Under the pieces are notes generated by a model that ran no database searches, was not told the DNA's origin, and was given only the letters and a program-made list of their open reading frames with translations. The position numbers and the translations under genes were made by a program. This document shows, in pieces, positions 51,340 to 64,000 of a stretch of DNA of 64,000 nt (its first letter is position 1; every line of letters starts with the position of its first letter). This stretch comes from Octopus bimaculoides. Lineage: Eukaryota. The DNA lies in contig NC_068986.1 of assembly GCF_001194135.2 (NCBI RefSeq), forward strand, positions 53,538,905-53,602,904, in the 5' to 3' direction.

Positions 51340-52850
51340 TCATTGTCGTTAGCATCTGTTACAGGAGTGAATAACTTCCTCATTTATATTTCTTTTGATA
51401 TTTACAGTACACCACTCCTTTGTACAGCTCAGCGTAGGAAATATATTCATTATAAGCTCTCCTAATTTTTATAACATTCACGATTAGAATCGTTATCAGT
51501 AAAGGATTGCAAACTTTCCTCTACAAGCGACAATCCTTTAGCCATTTTTTTGCAATCTTTGTGGTGGAGTGGATGAGGCTTCTATATTCTCTTCTTACCC
51601 TGCAGCTCACTCTTGTTTTAGAAGCATTTGTTTCTCATTAGGCAAACGTTCTGTCTGATATTTTAGCAACTCACACCTATCATCTTCGACTGTTCAATCC
51701 TACATCGTTTGCTAGTGTTACAGTATCCTGCTGAACTTGATGCATATATTCTACTGGTTAAAAAGAAAAACAAAAAGAACCTATAAAGCCACAGATTCAG
51801 TCTGATTATATTTTTTTCCAAGCGCCATTCATAGCAGGAGGGTTTCACGTAATTCCTTAACTCTGCTATATTATTCACAGCATCATAATGTTGAACTATT
51901 TTCACTAATCTCTAATTGAAAGCTTATCTTGCCCATCAATTTTTTTAATGATTTATTTCAGAGTCCTTTGATAATATGCTTTAAAGTTAGCTATAACACC
52001 TTGGTTCAATGGCCGGAGCAAATATATTGTCCTTGGGAATGCATTGGTGCATTGTCTAAAAGGAAGAATGTTTGTTGGAAATATTACGCCTGACACTGTA
52101 CCTTTCTACAGTGTGGCAAATAAAGTTTATAAACCACTCTTTGAAAAGGCTCACATTCACTCAAGCCTTATTTGAACGCCAAATCAGAGGTTGAGTAAAC
52201 TAAGCGTAACACTTGTAAGTCTGGATTTACTGGATGATACATCAGTAAGGACTTGAATTGCATATCATCAGCAGCATTTCCTCCTACAAGAAGCGTCAGA
52301 CGAGTTTTGGAAGTGTGTAAACTTGTTAATTTTTCTTACTCGGCATGTGCTTCCAAGAAAGCCCAGTTTCACTAACGTTGACTTTTTTGTGTAGCTTCCT
52401 TCGTCAATAATTCTTTTTCAGCTCCTCGGGATAATTAGTTGCAATATCTATAGCAGTACTGGAAGCTTCACCGGTCATTCTATTGCTGTGCAAAATATGG
52501 CTCCTCTTAACCCTTTCAAACTGCCTTTTGCTAGCCAGAGAAAGGTTCTGTATCTGATATTGCATCATCCTCTCTTTGCAAACCGTCATACAACTCGTCA
52601 TCCAAACGGAAGTTTGAATGACTACTGTGTTTATCGGCACTTTACGGCCAGTCTAATCGTCGATTCAAACATTCTAGAGCCATTAAAATCCCCTAAAAGT
52701 AGTAAATGGAGTAGTTGTTTGTGCACTTGGCCTATTTTATTTTCATTGTTATGTATCTTTTCCCACAGTAAACGTTGCAGACTTCAATGCATTTACTATA
52801 CGGCTGAGTTTTTCTCTCGCATCAAACTTTATTAAGACGTCAAAATTTAA
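51340..52850 (-). pseudogene. Decayed pogo/Tigger-family transposase (HTH-psq, CENP-B HTH, DDE)
   Basis: Minus translations with stops and frameshifts: KRITIDLNFDVLIKFDAREKLSRIVNAL; LASKRQFERVKRSHILHSNRMTGEASS...YPEELKK; NVSETGLSWKHMPS; KTRLTLLVGGNAAD; FKEWFINF; FLLDNAP; QGVIANFKAYYQR; YDAVNNIAE. Confidence 0.88.
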
Positions 52851-55254
52851 GTCTATAGTAATCCTTTTACGATTTATTTTCGCATTACTGCTTTAACTTC
52901 TCCTCAATGAACCCTTTCCAGTTATTACCTTGACTAAGGTAATGCCTCAATTTGTACACGTTTGTAGTTAAATCGCAAAGCAATGGTGTCAGACCAGAAA
53001 ACTCACACGTAAAAGTAAAGCAGTAGAATCTGAGAAATATTGAGGGTTGCGTTGGAATAAAGCAGCAGACATATTTTTTCAGACGTAAGAGTGGAAATGA
53101 GAAAAAAAGGAAAGAGTAGGGAAGTAATGCTGAAGAAATGGAGCTGTATCACGTGGAAGGATTAAAATTTATATCAAGACCCAGATCAATTGAAATGGTG
53201 TACGTACGGAGGGTGTGGATAGGTGTTGCTAAGAAAGGTATGCTGATGAGACAGAAAAATGTCGGCAGGAGTGACTGGGCATATTAGAGAGTCAAACCAA
53301 ATATATATTATTTTTAAAGAAAATTAGTTGTGGTAACTATCGTGATTTTAGTCCTTAAAATTGTAAAAAATTATCTGAGTCTCCGTAAGGGAAGAATTAC
53401 CGAGCATATCTTATAATCAGTGGTCATACAATTTGTCTATGTGCTTGTATCTGTAGATATTTATGTAATCACACCCACCCGCCGACCTCTGTATATAAGG
53501 ACGTTAGATAGAGAATAACGTTGTAGGGAGATAGAAGTCGTTATATAAATAATGTTACTAGAAGTATCATATGCAAGGATTGATGAAATAGCCACTAGAA
53601 TTCAAATATTTTGGTCAAAGGGGGTATTTTTATGGCTTAAATAAAGGAGGAAGAATAGCATGCATGATCTTTGTGCGACCTTTGAGACAGTCGGAGAAAA
53701 TGGTGCAATAATCCACAACTGACCGCTAGCAGCAGCAGTACAGGAAATTGTAAATCAAGATAGTGAGTTAACTTATCTCGGACGAGAGACCATCTGAATA
53801 TTAGAAGCAGAGAGTAGAGAGAACTCTGCTCAAGGCACCCAAGAATCAGGTCGTAGTGCTAAATCGGGTGACGGTTTAAATCTACTTTCAAAAACAGATA
53901 GACAATCATTGGACAGACGTCTGCAGTTCTCAACTGCCCAATTTCACTCATAAAGCTTGGGTCAACTCAAAGTTATTGGAGGAGATATTTGCCTAAGCCA
54001 CTGTTCTCTGGAATCTAACAAGACACCAGAATTTTGCACGGAACTTCATGACAACTCGACCATAACTCTCTCATGTAGCCCCCAATCAACAAAAACTATA
54101 TGCCATACAAGCACTAGCAGAGGATCCTCAATGCTCGATCTGCTTGAAATTGGTAGCTGTATCTCCTCTAATACCATACTATCTTTAAAAAGTACACGTT
54201 GGATAATGTCGTCTTGAAAAACAATAACAAACAAACAAACAAATTAAAGAAGAAAAATGATCACTGTCAGAAGGTCTTTGATCACAGGCCCGATTGATCA
54301 GAGCTGACCTCATCGGGCTAAACAACAATAGCTTGCCTTAAATATCTATGGAAAATAGTGGGCTTAAAATGACGAAGTTACTCATAGACTGACAAATTAA
54401 TTGTGATTAAGCTACGAAATTCTTATAGTTTATCTATTTTCTGTAACTCAGATCGCCTCAGGGTCCCAGCAGACAAAAAGGAAAAGACGTTGCCCGGAGG
54501 ATAGCGAGGGAGATTCACTGCAACAGCCACTCTGACTCACGGAGTTCGCACTTTTATCCTTCAAATATTATGAAATGGAGAAAAGACAGTGAAAAACAGA
54601 ATTGATAGAGTCAAATAAAATGACTTGCTAAAATAAATATCAGCAACATCCTGAAATTCGATTCACCAGAGTATGCTCCGCCTCTGTTAGATGCGTCACT
54701 GTAAGATACCAACATTGCTTACTTGAGATGAGCAACACCCAACATTTGACTAACAAATCCAAGAAGCTTTTATTATATGTTGAAGTTAACATTTAAATAA
54801 GACACACATAGCTTTCACTCCAGAGAAAAAAAGTGGTTAAGAGGTTAACTCAAATAGACACTAGACACAAGGTTTTGACAGTTGGCAAAATGAATGTCAA
54901 GTTTTTTGTCCTTTGTCCACCCTTCTTTGTTAATCGGAAGATAAGACAGAGTTTGCATCTATACAATTCTTCTTTCTTCGCCAAGATGTGAGACGAATTT
55001 AAAAGGTTTCAAAATCATCTTAATGTTAGTAAACATTGCAATTTATCGGTTTCTTTTCAATATTCACAAACTCTCCTCACCATGAGAAGCATTGGACAAG
55101 ATCACTACTTGAGACACAAAACTGACACGGCCTTAGATATAGTTTATAGACCCAATAAAAGGGTATATAGTTATTTGCGTTCTTCTGGAAATGACAGAAT
55201 ACTAATTATAATATTCTGCTTGTACATATGAATAGCAAAATTAATTCCTGATAT

Positions 55255-55448
55255 GTAAGGTGATGAGCTGGCAGAATCGCTGGCGGCACTTCATCTGTCC
55301 GTCTTTACGTTCTGAGTTCAAATTCCGCCGAGGAATTTGCCTTTCATCTTTTTCCGGGTCGGTAAAATAAGTTCCAGTTGAACACTGGGGTCGATGTAAT
55401 CAACTTACCCCTTCCCCGAAATTGCTGTGCCAAAATTTGAAATCAGTA
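55255..55448 (+). mobile_element. Meta/MESC-like SINE with 14-bp TSD
   Basis: TTAATTCCTGATAT at 55241-55254 and 55449-55462 flanks the SINE body. Confidence 0.88.
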
Positions 55449-55967
55449 TTAATTCCTGATATTAGTACAAGACCCCAAATTTTGATGAATGGAAAACAGT
55501 CGATAAAAATTTGCTTCAGTATTTGACTAGAACTCATAAGGATGATAGATAAAGTGCACCTTGACGAGATTTGAACTCGGAATGTGGAGAGCTGCATATC
55601 AATCTCTCGAAGCATTTATCCGACTTACTGCTTATTCTGCCAACCTACTGCTCTTTCATAAATACTAATATCACAAAAACATTCAATAAATGTCTGCGTT
55701 ATGTTTATTGATTCTGCGGAATATTGTGTACCAGAACAACATAAATGATAATAAACTAACAGTGAAGAGAATTGGAAGTGAGTTTAAGCAAAGGAATCAA
55801 CGACATAGAAAATATTTTGAGAGGGAATGGCTGTGTTAAAAAGTTCACTTCGTAACCACGTAGTTCTGAGTTCAATTTATCTTCGCGGCACATTGGCTAT
55901 GTGCAAACTACCATAGTCCCAGATTCATCAATATATTGTGAGATGGAAACTGAGTGGAAGCCTTCGG

Positions 55968-56115
55968 ATGTATGTATGTATGTATGTATGTATGTATGTA
56001 TGTACGTACGTATGTATGTATTTATGTATGTATGTATGTATGTATGTATGTATGTATGCATGTATGTATGTATGCATGTATGTATGTATGTATGCATGTA
56101 TGTATGTATGTATGC
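55968..56115. repeat. (TATG)n microsatellite
   Basis: Seen directly. Confidence 0.95.
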
Positions 56116-56749
56116 GTGCGCGTTTATGTGTAGCGGTGTAAAATTTGCTATTGTGTCAAAAACGTAAATCAACAGTTTGATAAATAATAGACCAGTACAA
56201 TAATAACTAGACTGAAATAAGTTCCGAGTAGGGGTGTTTTTGTGATCGGCCCAAACTCTTGAAAGTGGTGCCCAGAGTGGTCGTAGTCCAATAATTGAAT
56301 TCCGTAAAGGAATTTAGGAAAACAAAAAGAATAGGAATATACTTCGGTTTTTGGATTCGGTTTGCAAGATTCTTTATGTGTATTCGTGTTTTGAAACAAA
56401 TTTTATCTTCCTAGACACAACAAAACAGGAATCTAATTCAGGCTCCATGCTCCAAATACATTTGGCAAACTCAATCCATAAAATAAAGCAGAACAGGTCC
56501 AGAACTGCAATACATGATGCTACTGTAAAAGAATACCATAAATACTAATGAACTTTAAGTAATGCATGTATGAATAGATTGAAAAGATGATTAGCCGTTT
56601 GTATGGTTATGACTGGCACCAAATATTTGAGCTGAAATGATAGGATAGTTGGAAATTTTTGCATTGGGATATCTGGAAATACTCGCGAATTCTCACATCA
56701 GTAAAATCGTGTTATCTCGTCTCAAAGAGAATATCAAAAATAATGGAAC

Positions 56750-56950
56750 AACGATGTTTTGGGGATATTGAGTTATGTACAATACAAAGTTACATAGAAA
56801 GATGTCGGACATAGTTATTAAAAACCAAAGCAATATAATGCGTTCTCAGATTGGTATGTTATGCCTAACAGTCAGAAATATTGCATAGTTATTAAAAGCT
56901 AAAACAACATGATGTGTTCCCAGATTGGTATGTAATGCATAGCAGGCAGG
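56750..56950 (+). mobile_element. Possible relic of a restriction-like endonuclease (R4/Dong/NeSL-type) LINE
   Basis: FWGY*VMYNTKLHRKMSDIVIKN resembles the W-D...TD..L.HRRPDIVI RLE motif; very degenerate. Confidence 0.3.
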
Positions 56951-57920
56951 TATTACAATCGAAGAAGTGAAAATGCTAATGAAGAACAAGGGACGTGATT
57001 ACTGAGTACTGAAAATAAGAGACATGTGTTTAACTGGTGTGTTTGATTTCGTTATAAAACACTGAAAAGGCGCTAGTGTAGAGAGCTTAAATTAACAGAT
57101 GGTATTGAAAAGTACTATACTGGTTTACGGAGGTCACATTTAGAAGTATGCATGCAAATCCCATTTAGATCTGAAGATTAGGTGAATTCCATTACGTGCT
57201 TTCTCACTCAATACATCTGGAAACTGAAGGAGAATGAAAATACCAATATACTCGTAACATAGTCCATATTTAAAACCACAACACAATGTTTTAATAGATC
57301 TAAGAGCTAATTTTTGTCTTGTTGACTAATACCCTAATGCAACACACAAACAAGAAGTGGTGTATAAATGTAGACGTGAATAAATATCTCTTAAATATAT
57401 CACTTAAAACTATTCCCACACCACCCACATCAGCTAAGCAATATACAGGTTAATTACATCTGACCTGCATCAACTAATCAATCAACAACTCTCACATACC
57501 CAGTAAACATTGCACCACGCAGTGTCAATTTAGCTACAAGCTGTACAAGAGATCAGCAAATTGATCATCCCTCCCAACTACAAACAGTTTGTATGCTTAC
57601 AGTGTTGTACGCTTGTTATATACAGCATCCATAGCAATATAATCTGAACAAAGCTGGTCACAAAGAAAAAAGAAAAAGGGTGGGGAAAGAGAGTGATCGC
57701 GTGAAGTTATTAATTCCTTTCGCTGAATGAAAATATTGAACACTAACAGTGTAAATTGGGAGAAAATTGAGTAATCAATATGGAAAGACATTTTTGAAAA
57801 TATTCATTTGATGCTGAAAATTTCTCAAACCGTTACTCCGAATTTCCAGTTTCCAATCGTCGGTCAATAGTAATGAAAAGAACAATGGAAACCAATGTGT
57901 TCGTGTGTGTGTGTGTGTTC

Positions 57921-57969
<49 letters not shown>

Positions 57970-58126
57970 CGCGTGTGCGTGTGTGCGTGTGCGGGCGCGC
58001 GTATTGTAAATGAAATGAACAGTAAAAAAATCGAAATAGGAGAAAATATTTTGATAAATAAGGTATTGATTTGACGCTTCAATGGAAACAGAAAGTGTCT
58101 TAACGTTTCGGATGTTTGTCCTTCAT

Positions 58127-58165
<39 letters not shown>

Positions 58166-58936
58166 CGGAAAATATTGATGGAGTGAACGAGATAAATAGT
58201 CGGGGGAAAAACAGGTGAAGGGTTAAAAACGAGATAGAAATGCCGTTCTATGGGGATGTTAAGAAAGGAGTAAGAAGCAGTTACGTGCATGCAAATTGCA
58301 GTCGTTGTTGTTGTTTACGTCTAGGTTAGTTTTGATCAATTAAACCTATAATCAAAAAGTATTCTATCCTGTATTATTTTCTTCAGGCAATTTATCTAAA
58401 ACCATATCATTCAGTCTCCCCTCTCTTTTTTTTCGAAGACGGAAATATGTAACTTAAGGAAGATTTGACCGCTATTTCTTGCAGGTGAGAGACCATGTTA
58501 AATCCCTTGTTGAATTCTGAATCTTAAATTTTAGGAGCATGAGAAAAATTTCAACAACCTGAAAATCCTTTAGTGAACAAATTGCAAACATGTCAATGAC
58601 TTTTAGTTTAATTTCATGCTTGCCACCGATTGTTTTTATACCAGCCGTCATTAATGTATGCAACTCTTTACTGATGGACCAGCAAGGAAACAAATACAGT
58701 TGAATAACGAAAGAATAATTTCGAGAATTAAAATTAATTCGATTATGAAATCAAAATGAAACAAAACGAAATGTTTTGAGTAAATAAAGAAGCAATGAAT
58801 AATAATAGAGATCAGCTTTAGTTTTCTTTCTACTGCGGGTGTCGATAAAATAAAGTATCTTATTAATAATGGGTCAATTAAATTGATCATACATCAATTT
58901 AAACAAATGACGGTTTTGAATAATTGATAGAAATCA

Positions 58937-58970
<34 letters not shown>

Positions 58971-59877
58971 TATTCTGTTTGTCATTCGGTTCATAACTTC
59001 GAGTGTTATGTTTTAAACAAGCTTAACTATGAAACTAAATTAAAACATAAAGTAGCACGTTCAAACGTTGCTATTTTAACCATGGACTGAAATCGAGGAC
59101 GCAATCGTAATTTTTAACATAATGAAACAATGCTATTAAGATCTATAAATATATGCATAAAAAAGAAATAAGAAAAAGTATAAAACGTTAAACTTCCATC
59201 TGTCCCACGTGTTAATTATTATTAGACAATGAATTAGAATTGTTAGAGCATCTGATAAAAAAGGCTTTGCTGTTTTTAGATACGGTCTTTTTCCGTTTTG
59301 GGTTTTAATTCCGCCGAGGCCTATTTGTCTTTCATCTTTGCGGTTCAAGAAAAAGAAAGTCCCAGTTAAGTCTAAAATGCGGTGAACCATTGAAATTTTC
59401 ACCAGTGATGTCATGTCTACAGACTACGATATAAACTAAGTGCTAGGGTAAATATAATCGACTGTATTCTCCAACTTCTCCAAAAACAACTGTCTTTGTG
59501 TCATTGCGAGAAATTATTATTTACTGACTGAAATGTCTTGGATTATATGCGAAAGGGAAATTAGGAATTGTGACTTGGCAAGTTATTTTATCCATCCTAG
59601 AAAAATGAAAGGCAAAAAAAAGAAAAAAGAATCGACTCCAGGAAGGCAAAGTGTCTTAGCTACAATGCCATAATGCATTTTATCACTTGCTTTCTCGATT
59701 TTGCCCCCTACTGCTCTGTAGCTTCATAAATACATTGTCTACCTGAAGGATGTTTGGCCCTTCGGTATATGATTGGATCCATCACTACGATGTGAATAAA
59801 TACAAAATTCTTGGCACAAAGTGACAAATTAGTAAAGGAGATCTGTTGGAGGTTGACTCAACTGCAATATATGTATA

Positions 59878-60270
59878 GGACGCAGATGTGGCTGTGTGGT
59901 AAGAAGTTTACTTCTCAACCATATGGTCCCAGGTTCAGTCCTATTGCGAGGCACCTTGGGCAAGTGTCTTCTACTATAGCCCCAGACCGTGCAGAACCAT
60001 GTGAGTGGATTTGGTAGAAGGAAACCTAAAGCAGCCGATTATGTGTGTGTGTGTGTGTGTGTGACTGTGTTTGTACCCCACCACCGCTCGATAACCGGTA
60101 TTAGTGTGTTTACGTCCTTGTAACATAGTGGTTCGGCATAAGATACCGACAGAATAAGTACAAGGCTTAAAAAAGTAAGAATCGTGGTCCATTCGTTTAA
60201 TTAAAATTCTTGAGGGTTGTGTCCCAGCTTGGCCGCAGTCTAATGACTGATACAGATAAAAGATGAAAAA
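59878..60270 (+). mobile_element. Full-length CORE-like (OR-type) SINE
   Basis: GCAGATGTGGCTGTGTGGTAAGAAG...GGTTCAGTCC...GCACCTTGGGCAAGTGTCTTCT...(TG)n...TAATGACTGATACAG. Confidence 0.8.
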
Positions 60271-60536
60271 TTATTCTTATTTCATCTAACACCAGGGAAA
60301 GGAAACTCAAGATTGACCACGGCAGGAATTTATTTCAGAAGGTAGATTGATTAAACTAAATACTGACAGACACACAGTCCAATATTTTATCGTTACAATC
60401 AGTTTCGTCTTAAGGCAGTGACACACTGAACAGTTGCCCGGGGGTCTAACAGGTTTAGAGACCCAACTCTGATCCATGCATGTTGTGGCTTACTGTCAAT
60501 ACTATAAATGTTATAGTGCTCAGTGCATTGATTTCT

Positions 60537-60550
60537 CCACCAGGGGGAGG
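60537..60550 (+). promoter_or_regulatory. CTCF-like motif
   Basis: CCACCAGGGGGAGG, 12/14 to the CCACCAGGGGGCGC consensus. Confidence 0.35.
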
Positions 60551-60778
60551 GGCTATAATGCTGCTAAGGTGGTTCTAGTTACAACCACTCCATCAATTTC
60601 GTGCGAAGTAACTGCGCATTCTACAAATATAACAAAATTCGTTCACCTATAAAACCTGTCATGCTACCTGAGACAAATCTTTAAACTTTTTGGTACGTAG
60701 ATAGTCAAATAAGTAGGACTAGCATGATCTCACATCATATTCAAATTTGGAAACAACATTATTTCTTCAAAACAATTA

Positions 60779-61038
60779 CACCTTCTCCTCGATTTACGAC
60801 CGAGTTCCATTCCGATTGACAGGTCGTAAGTCGATCTGGTCATATGTTGGATTTATATTTCTCGACACTATTTTCATTCAAACGCAACTGATGCTTGAAA
60901 GCGACCGAGAGACAGTGGCAAGTAGTGGATGCTTGGGTCTGAGTGAGGCCTGCGTTGCCCAACGTCGGAAAATCGATTATTGTAATCGTAAGTGCGGATG
61001 ATCGTAAGTCGCATAGGTCATAAGTCGAGGAGAAGGTA
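60779..61038. mobile_element. Tigger/pogo-type MITE, 260 bp
   Basis: TIRs CACCTTCTCCTCGATTTACGACC and GGTCATAAGTCGAGGAGAAGGTA, TA dinucleotide on both sides, and internal TCGTAAGT(C) repeats. Confidence 0.82.
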
Positions 61039-61237
61039 TATTAATCTACTTCTCTAAGAATAACATTGTCGTTTGAGCATATGAAATGTGAAAAACAGAT
61101 GAAGAATAATCAAATTAAGAAAATGCACGCCTTAAAAATTGATCCTTACAAACACACAACTAACAAAATGCACAGTCTCACACACATATGTATACATATA
61201 AACATACACATACATATGTATATGTACGCACACACAC

Positions 61238-61241
61238 TTCC

Positions 61242-61321
<80 letters not shown>
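61238..61321. repeat. (CA)n microsatellite
   Basis: Seen directly; one of many di- and tetranucleotide arrays (also 9499, 13952, 47855, 57901, 58128, 58937). Confidence 0.95.
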
Positions 61322-61322
<1 letters not shown>

Positions 61323-61573
61323 TACTTACGTACATACATATAACATTGTTCGGCGTGGCATGGCACATAATCAGTGCGTTGAACAAAAGTATTTTATATC
61401 TAGTTCACTGTTACCTTAACGCTCAGTCGTCCTTGCTTTTTATTTTTTATCTCGATAAGAAGACAAAACGTTCTCTGATCGATATAACCTTGCAGCCGTC
61501 CAATAACTGGAAGCAATATAAGAATAAAAGAAGTTTAAATCTGAAGCTATTATAATCTTCATATCTGAGATAT

Positions 61574-61911
61574 GGAGTCTGCGCATGGCTCAGTGGTTAG
61601 AGCGTCGGGCTCACAATCATAGATAGTGAGTTACATTCCTGGACCGAATTGTGTGTTGTGTTCTTGAGCAAGACACTTTATCTCACATTGCTCCAGTTTA
61701 CTCAGCTGTAGAAATGAGTTGCGACGTCGCAGGTGCCAAGCTGTGTCGGCCTTTGGCTTTCCCTTGGATAACGTCGATGGCGTGGAGAGGGGAGGCTGGT
61801 ATGCATGGGTGACTGCTGGTCTTCCATAAACAACCTTGCCCGGACTTGTAACAAGGAGAGTAACTTTCTAGGTGCAATACCATGGTCATTCATGACCGAA
61901 GGGGGTCTTTA
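61574..61911 (+). mobile_element. Full-length tRNA-derived SINE of a further family
   Basis: A box TGGCTCAGTGG, a degenerate B box, a TTGCTCCAGTTTACTCAGCTGTAGAAATGAGT central domain, and an end at GACCGAAGGGGGTCTTTA. Confidence 0.8.
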
Positions 61912-62469
61912 GATCAATGGGAATACATGTATCGTTAGACCATTCCTTCTACAAGAGAACCCAGCGTTGTAAACCAGCAAAATACCCACCCAATTCTCAC
62001 TATTTCGTACTCTGGGTTAGTTGAACTGAGAGCTTTCCTTCTTGGCTATAAACCAGTGTAATGCTAATATCAGAACAGGAATCGTCAGCTCTTTGGTTCA
62101 TGTGTCCATTATGCTGTTCATGTGTCCATTATCTCGGCTATCTGCAGCTCTTATTGCCGAATGCGGATTCATTGATTTTTGAGCTTCTATTTCTATAAAA
62201 AAAACATTCAGATTTTCACTAATACTTGGTTTGTGAACCACAAGTGTATGCAATTACATTCATTCATTCATTCATTCATTAGAGCAAATATATCTCAAAC
62301 AGGAGGAACTCCTCTCTCTTTCGAGTCCCGCTTAGTATTATCTGTTTGGCGCTGGCCTTTGTTTCGAGTGTAGGAGAAGTGATTTACACTGTCATTATGT
62401 GTGAGACGTTTTCGCTATGAGTTGTTTAGGCTTAAATATCTAGATATCAGCTCCGCAGGCCTTGTGATC

Positions 62470-62850
62470 AGCCGAACTTGTTGTTCGTATTGGTCGGTTT
62501 CCAGCCGTCCAATCGTGTTGGCGCAACAGTTCGTTTTAACTTATGCGGGAAATTAATCACCAGCTTTGGGAGCCTCCTGATCTTTATAAGAACGACAGTT
62601 CTCGACTTCTTTAGGGCTTTGGCACACACCACTGACCAGACGCAACCCGTCTCTGACAACAATGTATCTGACACCAGCCAGTCTCCGCTTTCACCTCCAC
62701 CAGACGCCTGCCTACATCGTTGCTGTATGAACACTACACAAACAACAGACCAATGGCTTCCTCTACACACCACCAAACAGTACGTCAACTTTACCTTCAA
62801 GATCAACAGTCCAGCCTGACCACGAAGTCTCTTACACATCTTGGTTGTAA
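62470..62850 (+). mobile_element. Possible Gypsy integrase C-terminal relic
   Basis: FQPSNRV...GKLITSFG loosely resembles LQPGDRV...GKVI...PRSY, followed by a Ser/Pro/Thr-rich tail; CpG-rich non-host-like composition. Confidence 0.25.
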
Positions 62851-63742
62851 CCTGTTACATTTATTTTATTTCATGTATTGCAATCATTGTATTTTATAAC
62901 GGAGAATAAATCGTCGCTTACCAGTTAATTTCATCTCAAGTCGTGTATCATTTTCACATTTCCTTATTTAATCATCTTCGTTATACGAGGATCTCCCTTA
63001 CTTGCTACGCCACGTCTTCCGTGTTAGTGAAGGTGCTTGTTATGCTACGATCATCACCGGCTATTTCCCATGTGACAATAGAAACGTCATCCACGTACTT
63101 CCCACACGACAACAGAAGCACCGCCAGCTGTTTTCTGTGTGACAATAGTAACATGTACAGCAGTGTTTCCCAGTTGTTTCTTAGTCCAACGACCTCTTAA
63201 TTATAAATCGAATCACCCAGCACTTTTCTATAAGTCTTCTGTGGTGGTATTCAAAGACAGGTGAAGTTTCATTTGAATTCTCATCACTCCCACCTAACGA
63301 AATAAATTATAACACTCCAGGTTGAGAAACATCGACCTTCAGGCTATACCCTATGTAAGAATAATAGAATATGCAGTCTATTTCTTATATGGCAACACTG
63401 TATTAGCATCCGTGCGTTGTTTCCCACGTGATTCATAATAGTAACATTCCACATACTGTTCACCATAGAATGCTTTATTTCTTCCACATGCACATTAACT
63501 TTTCCTGGTATTTTTCATCATACTTTATTACGTATATACACGCACATACCACACAATTATACACACACGCACGTTAAAGAAAAAAAAGGCAGTTGCATTT
63601 GTGCGAACAAAGTCAAAATACGGTTGGTTTTAACAAATCCTGCTTTGCTCGAAAAAGAAGAGTAAAGAGCAGCAGCAACAACAACATCAATGATTATAAT
63701 GACGACGACGATGATGTTTTAGAGTGAAATCTATATATATAA

Positions 63743-64000
63743 CTAGCAGTACAACCCGACGTTGTCCGGGTGTGACTTATTACGCCATCTACGATAAGTC
63801 TTGCTAGGTGAAAATCAACTAAAAAAGAAAGCCTTACAATGAAAAAACCCTTATGATGTAAATATGTTCATAATTCAAAAGACGAAATTAATAGGGAAAG
63901 TCTGAAGGCTGTTTTGTGTAACATTATTAAGTGTATGTAAATTTCATCCGTCTAATTAGCTATACAAATGTTTGTGCAAAACAACTTTTTGCGCTGCCTT
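63743..64000 (-). mobile_element. Helitron 3' terminus (element extends past the window end)
   Basis: Minus strand CCCGG-ACAACG-TCGGG hairpin (63770-63755), an 8-nt spacer, CTAG (63746-63743), then T: canonical Helitron 3' end geometry. Confidence 0.7.

Noticed and set aside
53580-54240. Possible LINE relic
   Set aside because: Weak motif resemblances could be read on either strand, so it is too ambiguous to call.
25491-61419. Low-complexity ORFs (poly-V/L/I/S, ERERER, MYVC and HT repeats)
   Set aside because: These are translations of microsatellites.
1-64000. CRISPR arrays, rRNA, snRNA/snoRNA genes
   Set aside because: No regularly spaced repeat-spacer arrays or recognisable RNA gene sequences were seen, and the DNA is eukaryotic.

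Overview
AT-rich, repeat-dense eukaryotic genomic DNA with 12 N-gaps. The tRNA-derived SINE families and GAT-tailed RTE LINEs resemble those known from Octopus, so a cephalopod source is inferred, not proven. The only host coding sequence I can identify is the first coding exon of clathrin heavy chain (MATQLLPIRFQEHLQ, minus strand, 15466-15510, GT donor). Positions 1-15465 are its intron 1, and exon 2 was not found in the window. The rest is mostly mobile-element debris: SINEs, three RTE LINE relics, a CR1-like relic, a 321-bp solo LTR nested in an RTE, a Helentron-type element carrying a Gypsy integrase fragment, a Helitron 3' end, mariner and pogo/Tigger transposase relics, hAT and Tigger MITEs, and many microsatellites. 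Two observations stand out. First, two hammerhead-ribozyme-like motifs lie in opposite orientations at 36.9 and 37.4 kb (Penelope pLTR-like). Second, a CpG-depleted domain at about 18-34.5 kb may mark the methylated body of an unrecognised gene divergent from clathrin. All protein and repeat-family assignments come from manual translation and remembered consensus motifs; no database search was run, and repeat boundaries are approximate unless a TSD is given.
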